A stretch of 64,000 nt of DNA, taken from the NCBI RefSeq assembly GCF_963921235.1, contig NC_086097.1, positions 181,352,001 to 181,416,000 on the forward strand, given 5' to 3'. Of this stretch, positions 38,854 to 53,204 are shown in pieces. The notes beneath the pieces were generated by a model. The model was given only the letters and a program-made list of their open reading frames with translations. It ran no database searches and was not told the DNA's origin. The stretch is from Mobula hypostoma (lineage: Eukaryota). Every line of letters begins with the position of its first letter. Position 1 is the stretch's first letter. The translations under genes were made by a program, and so were the position numbers.

Positions 38854-41800
38854 GTAAGTATGCACATTCTTTCGGAGTGTAATTGACTGATGTGTGGTCA
38901 CTGGATAGTTGATCAATTTGGAAACAACAGGACATAAAATGATGGAAGGTCTCGACCTGAAATGTCGGTTGTTCATTTTCCTTTATTGATGCTGTCTAAC
39001 ATGAACTCCTGCAGCATTTTGTGTATGTTGCTTAGTCTTCACAGTGTGTTTCTGTTCCTTTCTTCCTCATGTACTTATCCAATTTCTCTGAAATGATTTT
39101 TGGCTCACCATTGAACCTCAAGCATGCAACACTTTCTGGTTCTCTTCACCCTGAGATGAGTTTAATGATTAGTGAAATATCACGAATGCTCTGATCGTGG
39201 TGGAGTGCTGATGCCTTGTGTCCTGGTAGTGTTAGTAGAAGTGTTACTAGAATAATGAAGGTTCTTCTGAATTTATGAAAGAAGATCCTCACCTTTGTAG
39301 TCCTTTTGTTTTGTTTCCTCCACAAGTGGACTAATGACCATCTTTATAACTTTGAAGATCTCATGTTTTGGGAAATGGTTGAGAGATTGGGGCACTTTTA
39401 TCAACAGAAATCTCCAGCACTTCTGGTTTTTTCTGGTGCTTCACAGGTTTTGCTTATACATTTTGTGAGTTTAACCTTACTTTGGCTGGAAGTTAATCTG
39501 AGGTCCTGCCTTGGCTATCGTGTAGTGGGAGCTGGAAACTCACTTCCTCCACAGTGAATGAATCTGGTCCAGAATAGCTGTGATTGGGTCTCTCCTCATC
39601 AGGTGGCTGGCTCTGTGCTGATTATGATTCACTGCTGCTATCAGTCTGCAGCTCTGTTATATCCATGCATTGACCAGGAAGGTGGAAGACAGATTGTCAT
39701 TTGTTTTGAAAGCAGTTGCATTATTAGTGGTGATCGCACTCTCAATATTCACGATTCAAGTATTGTCATATTTTCTTCATCTCCTTGCCATGCCATCACT
39801 TGATTGTTGCTCATGGTGTGCCAAGCACAACTAGGATCTTGTATAGTTTTGCTCTCTATCTCTCGCCTCTCATTCCTGATCTCCTTTTTCTGAAATTGTA
39901 CTTTATTTCTCTCTTCCTTACATGTCTCTTACTTACACAATCTTCTCTTGATATTTATTTTCTTTGGTTAAGGAAAAAAACTACTGAACAAGTTGTTGGA
40001 CAGCGTGCTGTCTGTCTCTGAAATATCGCTACTTAGAACTTATGGCAGGTTATAGTCTGATTTTAAGAGTGAGGAGAAAGGTCAGCTGCACACATTTGCT
40101 ATGGAATACATCTCTGTAATGGTTTCTGTCCACTGACCTTGTTCCTGCAAAGAAGTTGCCTTGGAAGTTTGTTTTTTTTATATACGGTATAAAAGCAGGA
40201 AAGTTTGAATGAAAGTTTCTCAGGGCACTGGTGAGATGGAACCTGGAATATTGTGTATGATTTTAGTGTCTGTGTGTTTTCATTGGAGGCAGTGAAGATT
40301 TGTATGATTGATCCTAGAATGAAGGTTGAGCAGTTAGCCTACACCCTGGAGTTTAGATGAATGAGAGTGATGTTTTAAGATTCTGGTGGGGTGGATTGAC
40401 AAGATGAAATACTGAGAGTAGATTCTCCCACTCGGATATCTATTACTAGCGATGTTCCAGGGGTGGCAAATATCAGGTGCAGTTGAGAAGGAATTTCTTC
40501 TCTCAGAGAATGTAACTCTTTGGAATTCAATACCCGAGACTATACTGACAGTAGTCACTGAATGTATTCAAGGTAAACATTGACAAACAAACAACAAGGG
40601 AATTGAAGAATATAGGGAACAGTAGGGAACTGGTGTCGAGGTGAATGGTGCAGCTTAATGACAAGCTGGAGGGGATGCTGCTCCTCATTTTCATGGGGAT
40701 ACTGGAAGGTCAGCAGACCAGGAACCCCTTTTGTTGAGTCTCCTTTAGTCCAGTGCAGCAGTTCAGCATATATAATTAGATAGACTTTTGACCTTGCAAA
40801 CTATTTCTTTATAGCCTTGCACTTTATTATCTGCCAGCACTGCACTTGCTCTGTAACTGTAACACATTATCCTGCACTGTGTTACTGTTTTCCTTTGTAC
40901 TACCTCAGTGCACTATTGAAATGAATTGATCCATGAGAACAGTATGCAAGACATGTTTTTCACTGTACCTCAGTACAAAGTAACAATAATAAACCAATAA
41001 TCATTGTCCAGAGATTAAAATTGAACCAGCCACACAAATACTGCGGCTACAGGAGCAGATCAGAAGTTTATTGAATGCTGATGGAGCGACTCACTTCTTG
41101 ACAGTCTCAGACCTTTCTACCATTTGCAACCACAAGTCTGGAGTGTGATAGGATACCTCCATTTTCCTGCAAATTCCAGCTCCCACCATTGAGGGCAAAG
41201 TTTAATTGCCTCCCCATCCATCTCTCTGAGCATTCTCTCCACCAATGGCAGTAGATACTTCCAAAGTGGATGCAGTGCAACCTGTTCCGACACTCACAAG
41301 ACCTGGGTCCATTCCACTGATGCAGAGGAAAGCAAACTAGGAGACATCAATTAACTCCTTAACAAACTTTATCCATTTTTTTCCCATTCAATTATCCAAG
41401 TTTATGTAGAGTCCTTTGAATAACGGCCATGAAGGCAAGAGGCTGCAGAAGGTTGTTGACTCAGCCGGCTCCATCACAGGCAAACCCTGCCCCCATTGAG
41501 GATATCTTCAAGAGGCAGTGTCTCAAGAATACCTTCACTGTCTGGGACCTGTCATCTTCTCATTACTACCATCAGGGAGGAGGTATAGGAGCTTGAAGAC
41601 CCACACTCACTGATTCCAAAACAACTTCTTTCTCTCTGCCATCAGATTTTTGAACAGTGTTTGCCCCTGAACAGTCCCTCATGTTTCATCTTTTACACTA
41701 TTTTTTGTAACCTGTAATGATTTTTATGTCTTGACTATACTTTCTCCACAAAATACAAATTTCACAACGCATGCTAGTGATAATAAACCCAACTCTGATC

Positions 41801-43399
41801 CTGAAAGATACGGGAAACATTGACTCATCTGAATTCAATACCCGAGAAGATTTACAAGAATGACTGCAGAGCTGTTTCAGCAATATACATCGAACACAAT
41901 ATCGTTGCCCCTACACTTATCTTCAGCACATCTGGACAATAAAGACACCTCTATCAGACTATTGTTTATTGATGACAGTTCTGTTTTCAATACTATTATT
42001 CTGTTCTGGGAGTTGCTACCTCCCTCTGCAAATGTTTCTGAAGAACAAGCTCCTTGACCGCAAATTGACAGAAGATTCATTGCTTGGTTACATTTGCGAG
42101 CCAGCACCTAATAGTAGGGGTGGGCAGTTCTGGGAAGCTGCTGAGCATTTTCTGCCCAAGTTTGTAATCTTATCCAGCATTATAACTACTACTTACCCAA
42201 AACATCGCTGTCTCAACTTGCACCAATACTTCTCTGTAAATATTTTAAATTATTTTCAAATCTCTTTGTAGCCTGTACCCTTCTTTTCTCTGCAATCTCC
42301 TCTGCTTTGCATTCATTCAGAGTCTGAGATTCTCTGATTCTGGCCCCTTATACATATCTGTTTTTTAATTGCTCCATGCTGACTGTATTTTCAGCTGTTA
42401 ATGTCGTAAGCTCTGGAATGCCCTCCCTATTTTTTTCTATTCTCTAGCTCCCTTGGACAGCATCCTTGATCACCTGTCCGAATATCAGGGCCCTATCAAG
42501 ACCACTAGCACCCTTGTGAATCATCTTGAAATGGTATATTATGTTGTATTTAGCTATTACACAGATGCAAATTGTTGAGATGAACACATGGGATGTTGTG
42601 AACTAATTTAAAGGAATCATAAATATATAATGGATGTGCAGAAACATGTTGAGACGGAACAGATTGAATTGCTGATGCCACAGTAACTCACCTGAACAGC
42701 AGCTATTTTTTTACAGAAACCTTATAATTACTGCAGTGTAAGGGTGTTGAGAATTTCAGAACCAAAGTGAACAAATGGAATTGAGCAACGCACACAAAAT
42801 GTTGGAGGAACTTAGCAGGCCAGGCAACACCTATGGAAAAGAGTACAGTCTACGTTTCAGGCCGAGACTCTTCAGCTTAACTAGGTGTTTAGATAGACCA
42901 GGTTGCAATTGAGTTGAGGGACAGACTAGTGGGACAGAATGGCATTCTCTTCTGATATTCCTAGGTATTTTACAGCTGTCAGCATGGAAAGTCAAGCACC
43001 TCCTTAAGATAAGAGAAATTGCAGGCCTTGGATTTAAAGTTCTTGGAATACCTGATTGAGGTAAAGTCTAAAGATTCTCTGTGAAGCATTTTTCAGCATC
43101 TTATTTGTTGATACATTTCTGAAGTGTTCATACTTAGAAGTATTCACGCATTTCCGCTGATATTTTTTTGGAGGAATTTCTAAATGAGGTGGCTGAGTTG
43201 GCAGCAGATACCTGTCATACCATTTTACCTTCATTTCTTAGTAGCACCTCTTATCTGAGTCAGCAGGTTGTGGATTATGGTTCCTTACCAAGTTCTGGTC
43301 AGGCCTTCCAGGGAGTAACATTACACTGACACCATGAGATCTCTTCGACCAGCAGCACCAGACCCTGCACTAAAGTGTTACTTTGTGTTGGGGGGGGGT

Positions 43400-43655
43400 G
43401 GTACAGAGGGAGCATCGTACCGTGAGGGGCCGTGCTGAAAAAGTACTGCACTGTGGGAGAGGCTGTGCTGAGGGAGGTCACACTGGGAAGAGCAGTATTG
43501 AGGGAGTCCACTCTGTGTAAAGGACAGTATTGAGGGAGGTCACACTGAGGGTCACTGGGAGGGGCAATACTGAGGGAGGGTCACGCTGGGAGGGGAAATA
43601 CTGAGGGAATATCATACCGTAGGAAGGACAGAACTGAAGGAGGGTCACACTGTGG
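43400..43655. repeat. Degenerate ~30-bp tandem repeat (gagggaggtcacactgggaggggcaatact-like)
   Basis: About 8 diverged units with recurring tgaggga and cactg motifs. Confidence 0.75.
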
Positions 43656-44949
43656 CAGTGTGTGTCACTACTTCGTAGAGAATGGACTGGTTTTAGGGAA
43701 GCCCAGAGGTATTGCTGACCTGTCGGATAGTAGGGACTATCAGACGAGGCACAGCCCCAGACCTCCTCGTATCTGTGTAGAAGATGATTGCAAAGAAGAG
43801 CAGGGGAGTTTCCCCTAGTGATTTGGCAAATGCTTGTGCTCCAGTGGTCATCATTTTAAAATAGAGTAACATCTATTTTAACAGATAATTAACACATTCC
43901 TATCTGTGGGGACTTGCTTTGTACAAAATAGTTAATCTGCTGCCCATGTTACCCCAGTACCTCACTGACTGAAGTATTTTGAAATAGACTGAGGTTGTGA
44001 AAAGTACTGCATAAGCACAACTCCTGTTACAGATCTTGTGAATAATTTCAGAAAGTTGTTGATCAGAATCTCAATGTTTTGGAATAGAGGTAGGCTTGGT
44101 CAGGCTAGTGTGTATGAAAGCATTGAAAGTACGCAGCAGTGGTTCTGGCTGTGTAGATCTCAAAGGTAAATAGCATTGACACTTGCACTCCAAATCAGCA
44201 TTGTGCTGAGGCAGTGGTTCCTCTGGGAAATGAAAAAAACACAGTGGAAGTGAGAGTGAAATCTAATGTCGAAATAAAACGCAAAGTTAAGTAAACATTT
44301 TTATCACAGGAATTTCCACAAGTCAGCATCCGCAATGCATTATTGATTGTTATTAATCTAACAAATTGGCTGATACTAATACACATGAAGATCCCATCAG
44401 CCCCAGTACCATAAATAACCAACCCCGTCACTCACTGGCATCTAATTCAATTTTGCAGCTGTTGGAGGCGTTAACCTTTTTTCTCTTGCTGGTGTCTCCA
44501 AAATAACTCTCGAGCCTGGACTTCATCGATAAGGCCAGCATTTAGTTTTTTAATTATTGTCACGTGTACCAAGGTACAGTGGAAAATCTTGCCTTGTATA
44601 CGGTTCATGCAGATCAATTTATTATAATAGTGCATTGATACAGTGCATGTTAATATAATATCAATGCAGAATAAACTGGTAGTTATAGAGAAGGTTCAGT
44701 GCAGGCAGACAATAAGGTGCCTGGTCACATTGAGGTGGATTGAGATGTCAAGAGCCCATCCTAATTTTTGGAAGGTGGCAGCAGGCCTGGTCTGATGTGT
44801 TGAGTCTTGTTTGATCATTTCAGAGGGCAGCTCGAAATCAATTTTTGATATGGGAATGGGATCATTTTCCTGATCAGGTAAAATAGCTGGTTTCAATCTC
44901 TCTTTGGCCTTACCCTTGACGTTATACCAGTCCTGGACTCCATTGCACC

Positions 44950-45285
44950 TCATGAGTGACCTAGATAGGGTGAACACGTACAGTCTTTTTCCCAGGAATG
45001 GGGAGCTAAAAACTAGAGGGAATAGGTTTAAGGTGAGAGGGGCAAGGTTTGAAAAGAATCTGAGGAGCAACTTCTTCACACAGGGTATATGGAAAGAGCT
45101 GCCAGGGAAAGTGGTTGAAACAGGTACAATGACAACATTTAAAAAGACATTTGTTAAGTATATGGATAGGGGTGGTTTAGAGGGATATGGGCCAAATGTG
45201 GACAAACGGGACCAGCTTGGTGGGCACCATAGTCAGCATGGACAAGTTGGGCTGAAAGGCTTGTTTCCCATGCTGTATGACTCTG
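44950..45285 (+). mobile_element. CR1 3' fragment
   Basis: LKTRGNRFKVRGARFEKNLRSNFFTQ...WKELP. Confidence 0.85.
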
Positions 45286-46650
45286 TATCCTATCAGCTTA
45301 CTATTTTCCTTCTATCCAGCTTCCAGGATGCAGGATTCAGTTCCCAAGCCTTTCCATCTGTCTTTCCCATTGATCCTTTGAAAACTTCACTCCAAACTCA
45401 GTGCCATTGTTCACCTGCTGAGGTTCTTCGGTGCCTTGGAACATTTTTCCACATTAAAGGTGCTATGTAAAGCTGCACGTTGTTATAGAGCATATTACAC
45501 ATTCTTGTCCACTTCACTCCTGGCAGGGGGACTGTGTGAAACATTTTGCTCCCTGGGTTATTGAAGATTCGAGAGCTTCAGCAGGGTCCGACTTGTGTTA
45601 GTGAACCTTTATGAGGAACCTTTTTGAACCTCTAGAACTGAATGTTACAGTGGAGCATTTGAATTCAGTTTTAAAACTCAGTGATGTACAATAAACGGAA
45701 ATTGATCAGTAGTGAGTTTCAGGGAATGTAACCAGACTGCAGTTCCACCACAACACAATGGGCTGGTAGATCAGGAAGGAGTGCTAGCCTTGGCAGCACT
45801 ACCTGAGTCTCAAGAATGAACAGACAAAAGAAGCTTGTTGGAAAAGAGTGTAGTCATGAACAGAAGGCAAAAGTTAATCAGCAAAGGAGCACAAGAGACT
45901 GCAGATGCTAGCATATGCATCAAAAAACAAACTTAGTGGGTCAAGCCTGTTGAGTTTATCCAGCAAAGGCACAAATGAACAGGGCAAGGTTATATAATGG
46001 AGCTATAGGATAAGGGATAAAGCTTTCAAACGTTCATATCAAGAATGAATTGGATTATTGGAGGTGAGCTGCAGATTATGAAATTCTCCCTCGTGTGTAT
46101 TTTTTAGCATTTGTCCTTTAGTGGGTCACATTACTGATAATTTGTACTGCAGATAAGTCTGCCTTTAATTGCTCACTTATACAAATTAATCAGTGGTAAA
46201 AGAACTTCAGTTTTATCAAAATATTCTAGGTAAGGCTGTAGGACACAACACCCACCTACGATATGCAGCAGTCTCTGTGACCTTTCAAAACCTGTTCAAG
46301 TACAACATCTGTTAATCATTCCAAGGTTGCACCACTGTTGAAATTCCCAGGTTTAGTTCAACTTCCTCTGTTTGACTACAACTCTCTCATTGCTGCCCTT
46401 ATCACTTTTCTACTTGACAATTCCAAATCTTGCCAAGTGTCTCATATTTCCTCCATGTAGGAGACCATTCAGCCCATCGAGTCTTAAGGTTGTTCTCAGA
46501 TCTATCCCATCAATCCCAATCTTTATTATGTGCATTCTATTCTGTCTCTCCCACCTATCTACAAACTAGGGGAATTTAAAATAGCCAGCCACCCAACAAC
46601 TGAGCCAGCACACCTTTGAGCTTTGAAAGGAAATCAGAGAACCTGCAGGA

Positions 46651-46817
46651 AACCTGTATGGAGTCCATACAAACCCCACACCTGGGAGCAAACCTGTATG
46701 GAGTGCACACAAACCCCACACCTGGGAGCAAACCTGTATGGAGTGCACACAAACCCCACACCTGGGAGCAAACCTGTATGGAGTGCACACAAACCCCACA
46801 CCTGGGAGCAAACCTGT
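46651..46817. repeat. 40-bp minisatellite, 4 copies, inside a decayed SINE
   Basis: Unit aacctgtatggagtgcacacaaaccccacacctgggagca. Copies 2-4 are identical; copy 1 has 2 differences. Confidence 0.95.
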
Positions 46818-47654
46818 GTTGCTGGAACTATGCAATGGCAGAACTTTGGAATGGATGAATGATGTGTGCCTACATCCTCTGTAAACCAGCTCATCCAGAG
46901 CTTTGCTGCTGTACTTGCCCTCCACGTCAATTAATGGCCCATGCTGGTGATGTGATACTAGGCAGGTAGAACCTACCCCAGACCATCTATTGATGACTTG
47001 GAGTAAAGCAAGAGGTAGTCCATGCCAGAGGCTGCAACTTACTGTGCAGTTGTTTGTTGGAGATTTTCTTTTAAGTGTCTTACTTGGTGATGCAGAATGA
47101 TATTCCCAAGTAATCTGTTCAAAACAAGTTGTTTTCTTAGACTGAGTGGTGCAGGAATTGTGGCTGTTTGTGTTTTACTTTAGAAGCAAGTGCCACAGCA
47201 GCTTATGTGGGGATTAGCAAAGCCCTTGCTTGATATCTGAGTCATTGTGAAGTTACAAACAGAGAAGTTTGAACAATAGAAGGTTTCAGAACATAAACAT
47301 TGTAGGTTTTTTTTAACTACAGTTCTAAGGAACTCAGATTCACAGGTAACCATAAAATAGAAGGTTCTGTAAATAATCAAAGCATCCTTCACACTGAGGG
47401 AGCACTAACAGGTTCCCTGTATTAGTGTGACATGTGTCAGACCCAGTCACCTAGATTTCCAGTAGCACTTGTTTTCTGTTTTATGTCACAAAGAAGGGAG
47501 CAGATGAGCCTCCCTTTACCTGCAACTCTCTGAAAAAAGTTCTCTTGGTGACTCTTTCCCAATTTCACCAGTCTACCCTATAGAGCTCCGTGAACAAAGA
47601 TTCCCCAGTCCCATGATTTTCTCGTATCACATCCATCCATTCAACTGAATTGTT

Positions 47655-48830
47655 AGTCATAGAGCATACAGCATGGATGCAGTCCTTCGGCCCAACCAAT
47701 CCATGCTGACTGCAGTGCCCATCCAGCTAGTCCCAATTTCATGCAATGGCCCATATCTCTAAAGCCCCACCCCTCAATGTGCCTATCCATCTTCTTCTTA
47801 AAAGATGTTGTTGTACCTGCTTCAGCCACTTCTTCAGGTAGTTTGTTCCATATACTCATCACCCTCTGTGAAAAAGTTGCTCCTCGGGTCCTTTTTAAAT
47901 CTTTCCCCTCTCTCCTAGCTTTAGTCTCCCTTACCTTGGGGACAAGACTGATACTATCCACCTTATCCATGCCTCTCATAATGTTAAACACTTCTATAAG
48001 GTCATCCCTCATTCTCCTATGTTCCAAAGAATAAAGACTTAGCCTGGTCAATCTCTTCCCAGAACTCAGACCCTCTAGTCCTGGCAACATCCTTGGAAAC
48101 CTTTTCTGCATTTTTTCCAGTTAATTCGTTTTTTTTCTCCTCTTAATAGGGTGACCTCTGGGCTCATTTTGAACTCACCTAACTACTTCTCCCTGGATTC
48201 CTTGGAATCTAACCTTCCAGACTGGCCTGCTATGTGAGACCTTGTTGAAGGCCTTGCAAAAGCCCATATAAACAACATCCACTTCCCTACCCTCCTCTAG
48301 CTTTTTGGTTTAATCAGTACATTGAGGAGTTGCAAATGGATTTTGATACAGTTAAGTATGAAGTGACACATTTTGGGTAGTCATCAAACAGATTAGGATT
48401 TCTGCAATGAATTGTAGGGCACTGGGAAGTGTAATGTTACTGAGGGATTAAGGAATCTAAGTGCATTGTTTGTTAGTGTCACTGCAAAGACGGGTGGTGA
48501 ATTGGGTGTTTTAACACAGGCATTGATCAATCATAGTGTTCAAAATAGGAGTTCAGATATTATGTTGCAGTTACATAAGTCATTGGTGAGGCTGCATTTG
48601 AAGGACTGTACACAGTTTCAGTCACCCTGTTATAGCAAAGATGTAGTTAATCTGGAAACAATGCAGAAAAGATTTCTGAAGATGTTGCCAGGTCTAGAGG
48701 GCCTGAGTAATAAGGAGAGCTTGTCCATGCTTGGTCTTTATTGCTTGGAACGTATAGAAATGTTTAAAATTATGAGAAGCAAAAGCTAAAGTGGATGGTA
48801 GCAGTCTATTCTCCAAGGGTATGGGATATT
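47655..48830. mobile_element. Old CR1 fragments (minus ~47655-48300, plus ~48330-48830)
   Basis: QKRFPRMLPGLEGLS...RRMRDDLIEVF on minus; LQLHKSLVRLHL...MQKRFLKMLPGLEGL on plus. Confidence 0.8.
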
Positions 48831-49213
48831 GCTCTATGACTCTGATCAAGATCCCACTTTGATCTACAATAACCTCCTTTGCTATTGCTATTTTCCCTTT
48901 TTAACTACTTGTCAGATCTTTCGAAAGGTCTTTCTTTCATGCCATAGTATCCCTGACTAGTTGCCTGGTTGTACTGGGGTGTGGAATGGGCTGTGTGAAA
49001 GAATGGTTGAGATAGGACGCCTTCCACAAGTTTAGAAAGCCTGGTGGTGAGCTATAGACCACATTCTGGGAAGAGAGTTTTTCTGAGTTGTGCTTTTCTG
49101 GATACTGGCTACTTTCAAAATGTGCATTCCTGTGATTCTGTGAGCCATGGTAGTGTGTGATTAGAGTCTAGTATCAGTCAGGGCAGAACAGCATGGTTCA
49201 TTTCCATCCTGAG

Positions 49214-49293
49214 CAGGGGTTCCCAACCTGCCATCCACAGGTTCCTTGCTTAATGGTATTGATTCATGGCATCAAAAAGGTTGGGAACCCCTG
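49214..49293. mobile_element. 80-bp hAT-type MITE
   Basis: Perfect 16-bp TIR caggggttcccaacct / aggttgggaacccctg; degenerate 8-bp flanks atcctgag / atctaaag. Confidence 0.75.
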
Positions 49294-50886
49294 ATCTAAA
49301 GGAGCCTCAATAAACCAGTTTGACTTTTCTGTTTCAAAACCACAATAACTCACCATCTGTAATCTGAAATAAAAATAAAAAATTGCTGGAAATATTCTGT
49401 AAGGTAGGTCCATGGGGGAGGGAGGTGCAGTAAACATCTGGCCAAATCTGCCCTTTTTCTTTCCAGTCCTGATGGAAGTGCCCTGACCTGAAACATCAAC
49501 TCTCCATTTCTCTGCATAGATGCTCTCTGAGCTGCTGAGTACCTCCAGCACTTCGTACGTAGCTCCAGATTTTTAGCATCTGCAGTCTCTCTTGCATTAG
49601 CATTCGAGCTGGAGAACTTTCATCAGAGCTGTTTTTTTATGAGTGACCTTAAGCTTTATTGTTGCTCTTTCTGACCCAAGTTGCTTCTGTTTTCCCATGG
49701 GCTCAGCCTCAGACAGCATGGAGGAAATTGTAAACACGATATTCTGCAGATACTCGAAATCTTGAGCAACATGCACAAAATGCAAGAGGAACTGAGCAAG
49801 TCTGGCAGCATCTATGAGGAGGAATAAGCAGTTGACATTTTGGGCTGAGTTCTTTCATCAGGAAGTTGGTCTGCTCTCTGAGTGATTGGTGTTGGAATGT
49901 TTCCATTGCATCACTGTGCCTTCAGTGTTTTTTTTCCCCTTCTTCTTGGCAACATCTTTCAAACAGCCCTCTCCATGAGTGTCTCTGCTGACACCTGGCT
50001 GAGCTTACTACCCTGCAGGCTTTGCTCAGTTAAATGAAGCCTTGCTGGAAGGCAACATGTAACGCAGGTTCTCAGCATTGATGAATGAACATAAGTTGCC
50101 CAATTCAAAGTAGATACCTATTTGCTAACGTGAATTGTTTTGAAACTGGTTTCATTTCTGCACAGAAATTATTAGTTTATTTCTGGCTTACTGTATCCAG
50201 GATTACTACAATTAAAGCTCAGAGCTCTGTACTGTCTGCTCTCTCTCCACTGGGCAAATGACAGGCTTGCAGTTGAAGGCACGTAATCCATACGAGTTGG
50301 AACATGCTTGCACAGCCCTGAATAGTCACTGGTACTCAGACTGAATGGATATGAAGCACGTGGAAGCGGTTGATTAGCACATTCCAAGCTGTTTTCCATA
50401 AAAGCAGATTGTTTTATGGAACACAATAAACTGTTCGCATCTGTAACATGAGAGAGAGGCTGCTGGAGAAACTCCTATAATAGAAAAATGGCAGTGATGG
50501 GGCATTCATTGTATGATTGCAGCCAGTTCTAGGTTAGTCATAATGTGGGCTCATGAGGGGAGGGCAAAAAAATGTTTGATGCTAACTCTGATGTTGGAGG
50601 ATCCGTTTCCCTTGACTGAGAATTTGACAATTCAACACACTTGATTGGAAGATTAGAGGGGATTTGAAGAGAGCACTAAGCAATTGGAGTGGTAACGTTT
50701 TTACTGCACCATTGTCTTTGTGCTCTCACTGGAGCCCTGCTCGGAACTTGCTACCTGATGAGTCAGAGGAGGCACGTTTAAAAAGTGCAAACAACAGGAA
50801 TTCTGCAGATGCTGGAAATTCAAGCAACACACATCAAAGTTGCTGGTGAACGCAGCAGGCCTGGCAGCATCTCTAGGAAGAGGTAC

Positions 50887-50922
50887 AGTCGACGTTTCAG
50901 GCCGAGACCCTTCGTCAGGACT
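50887..50922 (-). ncRNA. Minimal hammerhead ribozyme
   Basis: Reverse complement agtcctgacgaagggtctcggcctgaaacgtcgact. Confidence 0.8.
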
Positions 50923-52419
50923 AGCTGAAGGAAGAGTTAGTAAGAGATTTGAAAGTGGGAGGGGATGGGGAGATCCAAAATGATAGGAGAAGACAGGAGT
51001 GGGAGGGATGGAGCCAAGGGCTGGACAGGTGATTGGCAAAGGGGATATAAGAGGATCATGGGACAGGAGGTCTGGGGAGAAAGACAAGGGGGGGGAACCA
51101 GAGGATGGGCAAGGGGTATAGTCAGAGTGACAGAGAAAGAAAAAGGAGAGTGAGAGAAAGAATGTGTGTATATAAATAAATAACGGATGGGGTACGAGGG
51201 GGAGGTAGGGCATTAGCGGAAGTTAGAAAAGTCGATGTTCATGCCATCAGGTTGGAGGCTACCCAGACAGAATATAAGGTGTTGTTTCTCCAACTTGAGT
51301 GTGGCTTCATCTTTACAGTAGAGGAGGCATCTCCCCCATTTCACGTAAATTCCTCTGTCTCCGCCACATCTGCTCTCAGGATGAGGCTTTTCATTCCAGC
51401 ACGAGGGAGATGTCCTCCTTTTTTAAAAAAAGGGGCTTCCCTTCCTCCACTATCAACTCTGCTCTCAAACGCATCTCCCCCATTTCACGCACATCTGCTC
51501 TCACTCCATCCTCCCGCCACCCCACTAGGAATAGGGTTCTGCTGGCCCTCACCTACCACCCCACCAGCCTCCGGGTCCAACATATTATTCTCCGTAACTT
51601 CCGCCACCTCCAACTGGATCCCACCACTAAGCACATCTTTCCCTCCCCCTCCTCTCTGCTTTCCGCAGGGATCGCTCCCTACGCGACTCCCTTGTCCATC
51701 CCTCCCCACTGATCTCCCTCCTGAAACTTATCCTTGTAAGCGGAACAAGTGCTACACATGCCCTTACACTTCCTCCCTTACCACCATTCAGGGCCCCAGA
51801 CAGTCCTTCCAGGTGAGGCGACACTTCACCTGCGAGTCGGCTGGGGTGATATACTGCGTCTGGTGCTCCCGATGTGGCCTTCTATGCGAGACCCGACGCA
51901 GACTGGGAGGCCGCTTTGCTGAACACCTACGCTCTGTCCGCCAGAGAAAGCAGGATCTCCCAGGGGCCACACATTTTAATTCCACATCCCATTCCCATTC
52001 TGACATGTCTATCCATGGCCTCCTCTACTGTAAAGATGAAGCCACACTCAGGTTGGAGGAACAACACCTTATATTCCATCTGGGTAGCCTCCAACCTGAT
52101 GGCATGAACATTGACTTATCTAACTTCCGCTAATGCCCCACCTCCCCCTCGTACCCCATCCATTATTTATTTTTATACACACATTCTTTCTCTTACTCTC
52201 CTTTTTCTCTGTCTGTCCCTCCGACTATACCCCTTGCCCATCCTCTGGTTCGCCCCCCCTTGTCTTTCTCCCCAGACCTCCTGTCCCATGATCCTCCCAT
52301 ATCCCCTTTGCCAATCACCTGTCCAGCTCTTGGCTCCATCTCTCCCCCTCCTGTCTTCTCCTATCATTTTGGACCTCCCCCTCCCACTTTCAAATCTCTT
52401 ACTAACTCTTCCTTCAGTT

Positions 52420-52455
52420 AGTCCTGATGAAGGGTCTCGGCCTGAAACGTCGACT
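52420..52455 (+). ncRNA. Minimal hammerhead ribozyme (CUGAUGA variant)
   Basis: agtcctgatgaagggtctcggcctgaaacgtcgact. Confidence 0.8.
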
Positions 52456-53204
52456 GTACCTCTTCCTAGAGATGCTGCCTGGCCTGCTGCGTTCACCAGC
52501 AACTTTGATGTGTGTTGCATGTTTAAAAAGTGTCTGGATTAAAATTAACTTGAATTGTCTTAACCAACAAGGTTACTGGTGAGATTAGTTCGGAGGTGAG
52601 ATAAGACCGATGGGCCAAGTGACCTCCTTTTGACCCAAGTTTCCATGATTCTGATTTAACATTGTGCTCACCAGATACTCTGGGAAGAGCAATATCCTTA
52701 AATACCTGAAAATAACACATCTGTCCTGTTAGGATGCATTCTAGCTTCTGGCTCTAAAGGGAGATGGTGTGAAAGTTCTCAGGAGGTCTGAGTGGGTTGT
52801 GGAAGTGATGCCATGGGCTGGTGGATAACACTATTGTCTGAGTCAGGGAGCCCAGCTGCAGAATCCTCCACGCAGTCCAGGTCTGAAGCAGTGAAGATGG
52901 ATAACGACTTCATTTGCTCCACAGGTTTGACTAAGTAAGTGATAGATGCTTGGAATTTTCTGCTGGGGGAGGTGTTGGAAGCAAATACGATAGCAAGGTT
53001 TAAGAGGCATTTCGACAGACAAATGTACAGGCAGGGTTGAAGAGATACAAACAAATGGGATTACTTAGTTTGGAATCCTGTTCTTGTATCATATATTATT
53101 TGCTAATAGATTCCAAGACATTATATTAAAGAGTAGCAAAGGTATCTGGCTCCTGAGCCAATATGCATACCTCAAGCAACACCTGGTGGTGCAAGTGTGC
53201 TATA

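Larger units (their letters stand above)
50788..52518. mobile_element. Penelope-like fold-back copy 3: inverted pLTR arm with tail, then thumb/linker, Cys-rich GIY-YIG and pLTR
   Basis: FLCLRHICSQDEAF, CKRNKCYTC, FTCESAGVIYCVWCSRCG...ETRRRLGGRFAEH. 14-bp TSD acgtttaaaaagtg (50774-50787) / atgtttaaaaagtg (52519-52532). Confidence 0.93.

Noticed and set aside
46651..46817. CRISPR-like regular repeats
   Set aside because: Head-to-tail units with no unique spacers, no cas genes, and a eukaryotic context.
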